NCBI GenBank assembly: GCA_000372785.1
Contig: KB889769.1
Location: 27,153 to 91,152 of the forward strand
Source: a gamma proteobacterium SCGC AB-629-P17
Lineage (GTDB): Bacteria > Pseudomonadota > Gammaproteobacteria > PS1 > Pseudothioglobaceae
DNA length: 64,000 nt
Reading direction: 5' to 3'
The position numbers were made by a program, and so were the translations under genes. Of this stretch, positions 61,783-64,000 are shown one piece after another. Below the pieces are notes generated by a model. The model was not told the DNA's origin and did no database searches. It saw only the letters and a program-made list of their open reading frames with translations. Position 1 is the first letter of the stretch, and every line of letters starts with the position of its first letter.

Positions 61783-62742
61783 CTAAGTTATAGGTAATTT
61801 CGTACATTTATCAGACATTTTTAAATTCCAGTCGTCCAATAGAGCGCCCAATAGTTTCATATGTAGGCATGCAGAAGTTTCCAAATCAGGAAGTTCACAA
61901 CTTCCAGTATTTAATATTAACTCAATCAATCGCCCAGTAATTTCACTTTGATCTTCAAGTTTTCCTGGAAATTCTTTACCATCAGATCTTGTCGCAATAC
62001 CATTTAACTCCTGAATATCCCATTCTATCGCCTCTGTTTTAATACTAACTTGATATTCTATATCATCTAATGAGCTGTTCAAAGTAAGTGAAGAGCCATT
62101 ACTATAAAGAGCTGAAAGTGTGCCAAATATTTCCCAATATCCATCTCTCTTAGCCTTATGCCACTGTGGATCTAATTGATCAGTTTGAATGGATACAATT
62201 TTCTCTCCAGACCACCATACGACTAAATCTAAAAAATGTATTGCATTACATGCTAATCCCCAATCTTTTCCATTTACCATGCAAGTTATTGGTGATCGAT
62301 TAGGAGTTGATGCAATTATTTCTTGATGCCATTTGATCATTCTACGAGGAGTGTTAACCCATGCGCCTGGATAGTTTTGAAGTTTATCTGATATTAAATT
62401 CAACTCGTCAATACTTTGAGCGAGAACTTTTTCAATTACCCAATAACGAATTTCCATTTGATTTGATAATTCTACAATCAAATCAGCCCTACCAGTAGAG
62501 TTTGTAGAAACGATTACTACATCAATAAGCTTATTATTCAAATCTTTATGGCTTTTTAGAAACTCAACTGAATGAATATTATCAACTGTGCCGACCTCAT
62601 TCCAACGCTCTTGTGCCTGAATCAAGGATTCTTTATTTGGATCAATCACAATAATATCTAGTGGTAATTTACAACTGGCCATTCCTTGTAAATATCTAGA
62701 ACCAAGCTGACCTGCACCTATAATAGCAACTCTATACTTCAT
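61783..62742 (-). CDS. Gfo/Idh/MocA-like oxidoreductase
   Basis: IIGAGQLGSRYLQG, EKVL.Q, WVN.PRR, WGLACNAIHFLD; ATG 62742 preferred. Confidence 0.75.
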   Translation of the reverse strand: MKYRVAIIGAGQLGSRYLQGMASCKLPLDIIVIDPNKESLIQAQERWNEVGTVDNIHSVEFLKSHKDLNNKLIDVVIVSTNSTGRADLIVELSNQMEIRYWVIEKVLAQSIDELNLISDKLQNYPGAWVNTPRRMIKWHQEIIASTPNRSPITCMVNGKDWGLACNAIHFLDLVVWWSGEKIVSIQTDQLDPQWHKAKRDGYWEIFGTLSALYSNGSSLTLNSSLDDIEYQVSIKTEAIEWDIQELNGIATRSDGKEFPGKLEDQSEITGRLIELILNTGSCELPDLETSACLHMKLLGALLDDWNLKMSDKCTKLPIT

Positions 62743-63677
62743 AAATATCCTTAACCAATTGCATTGTTTCAATGCTTTCATCTAATGAAACTAACCCATG
62801 TGATGTATCTTGCAAGGCTTTTAGAACCTCTTCAGCCTGAATACGAAGACCCGGCTTAAAATCTCTATCCCATGGGTGATCAGGCAGTGGTTCCAATTTC
62901 CGAGAGCCTCTTGGTTGTACTGATGCATTTTCTAATGGTCTTAATTCCCAATGTTTACTTTGTGTAGTTACCGTTGCCGCCCAGGGCCCTGGAGCATTCC
63001 ATACTGCAGTATAAATACCAAGATCGCCTGATGAATATTCAATTTTAGCAACCACAAACCCAGGGGACTTAGGCGTCCATTTCACTATTGGCACTACTTG
63101 AGTAATCTCACCACGCCCAAAAATCTTTAGATAATCAATAACATGTATGCTATTGCAATACATCCAATTTTGGTAAACTTCTGGGGGGCGATCTAAAAGA
63201 AGAGGCTCCTCCTGATCATAAACTTGAATCAACCTCTGTCCTTCTACTTGTTTAATCTCATCCAATACTAAACGGGTACTGTTATAGTATCTTCGATTAA
63301 ATGAGACAAACACACGTGACCGATATTTAACTGCAAGGCCTTTAATCAATAATGCATTTTCAAAATTATACCCTGCTGGTTTTTCTATAAGAGATAGCCA
63401 CGGGTATTGGAATACCTGTTTAGCAACAGAATAGACGCTTATTTCTGATACGGCAATTATAAGTAGATCTGCTTTTGTTTTTTTCATACAAATCAGTAAT
63501 TGTTTCAGCAACAAATGGAATGTCAAACTGAACTGCCACTGATTGTGCTTTACTCATTGTCCTACTATGTATTCCAACGACCTCTGCTCCATTTATTGAT
63601 AAAAATACTTTTATATGTTCTTGAGCCATATAACCTGCACCAATTACAGCTACCTTAATTTTTGAGGATAAAATCAT
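62732..63677 (-). pseudogene. Gfo/Idh/MocA oxidoreductase split by +1 frameshift in A7 tract (T7 at 63478-63484)
   Basis: N-part IGAGYMAQEH and C-part IEKPAG..NRRYY join as ...LYEKTKADLLIIAV... if one A is removed. Confidence 0.82.
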
Positions 63678-63682
63678 TAACT

Positions 63683-63987
63683 TATTTTGGTTTCGTTGCA
63701 ATAAAAACTAAACTCATATATCACAAAGAATACACCAAACGACAACAGATTATTTATGTTCTGATTAAACATCTCCACGATGAAGAGGGTTTCGGTTATC
63801 TAAAGATATCAAAATGGTTGAATCAGAGTGAATAAAGACCCATAGAGGCAAAAAATGGTTCAATTCATCCGTTATTTCAGTCTTAAAGAGAAAACACGAG
63901 TATGACCTAAGGATTAAACAGATAAGGAATCAACATAACCCCACTAAAATCTCAAAGTTCGAGGTCAATTACTATACTTTTGATTAA
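63683..63987 (+). pseudogene. Fragment of serine-recombinase Recombinase-domain protein, frameshifted, no start
   Basis: Reads ...RQQIIYVLIKHLHDEEGFGYLKISKWLNQS | IKTHRGKKWFNSSVISVLKRK...YTFD*, matching the IA..LN..GI.T..G..W....V..IL motif; frameshift near 63830. Confidence 0.65.
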
Positions 63988-64000
63988 ATCAATAATTGAG

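Noticed and set aside
10774-63701. Longest-ORF starts in the track (10774, 32747, 47375, 51997, 56424, 58448, 59710, 61568, 62781, 63701)
   Set aside because: Downstream starts give family-typical N-termini and short or coupled overlaps
1-64000. tRNA, rRNA, IS, prophage or defence systems
   Set aside because: No such sequence recognised; intergenic gaps are short and methyltransferases are sugar-type, lacking DNA MTase motifs

Overview
Low-GC bacterial chromosome window. The housekeeping genes look gammaproteobacterial, and my unverified impression is a marine SUP05/Thioglobaceae-like organism. Positions 1-7.9 kb hold core genes: partial guaA, lptG, clpS, a gamma-butyrobetaine/trimethyllysine-type dioxygenase, clpA, surE and glnS. 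From ~8 kb to the right edge lies a >55-kb surface-glycan island that continues past the window. (i) An LPS core block with Campylobacterota-looking ADP-heptose genes (gmhA, gmhB, hldE, hldD), four GT9s, waaL, manC and galU. (ii) A nucleotide-sugar block (gmd, fcl, uge-like, wbpO/tviB-like, ugd). (iii) Three separate nonulosonic-acid modules, each with its own NeuB synthase and cytidylyltransferase. The first is a KDN-like phosphorylated route. The second is an unusual NeuB / GT2::cytidylyltransferase fusion / NeuA / 2-hydroxyacid dehydrogenase cassette. The third is a minus-strand legionaminic-acid-like operon whose synthase resembles Neisseria Neu5Ac synthase. (iv) Two PglK/Wzk-type ABC exporters, a Wzy/GT-C-like protein and four methyltransferases. 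Reading the intergenic DNA shows unannotated gene relics at module junctions: an rfaH-like N-terminus, a second ugd tail, a manC cupin tail behind a (TAAATAA)n array, a waaC-like start and a serine-recombinase-domain fragment. There is also a T19 tract and two +1 homopolymer frameshifts. Together these suggest cassette-wise glycan swapping. No rRNA, tRNA, CRISPR array or intact IS/integrase was recognised. All calls come from motif recognition by eye; no searches were run.
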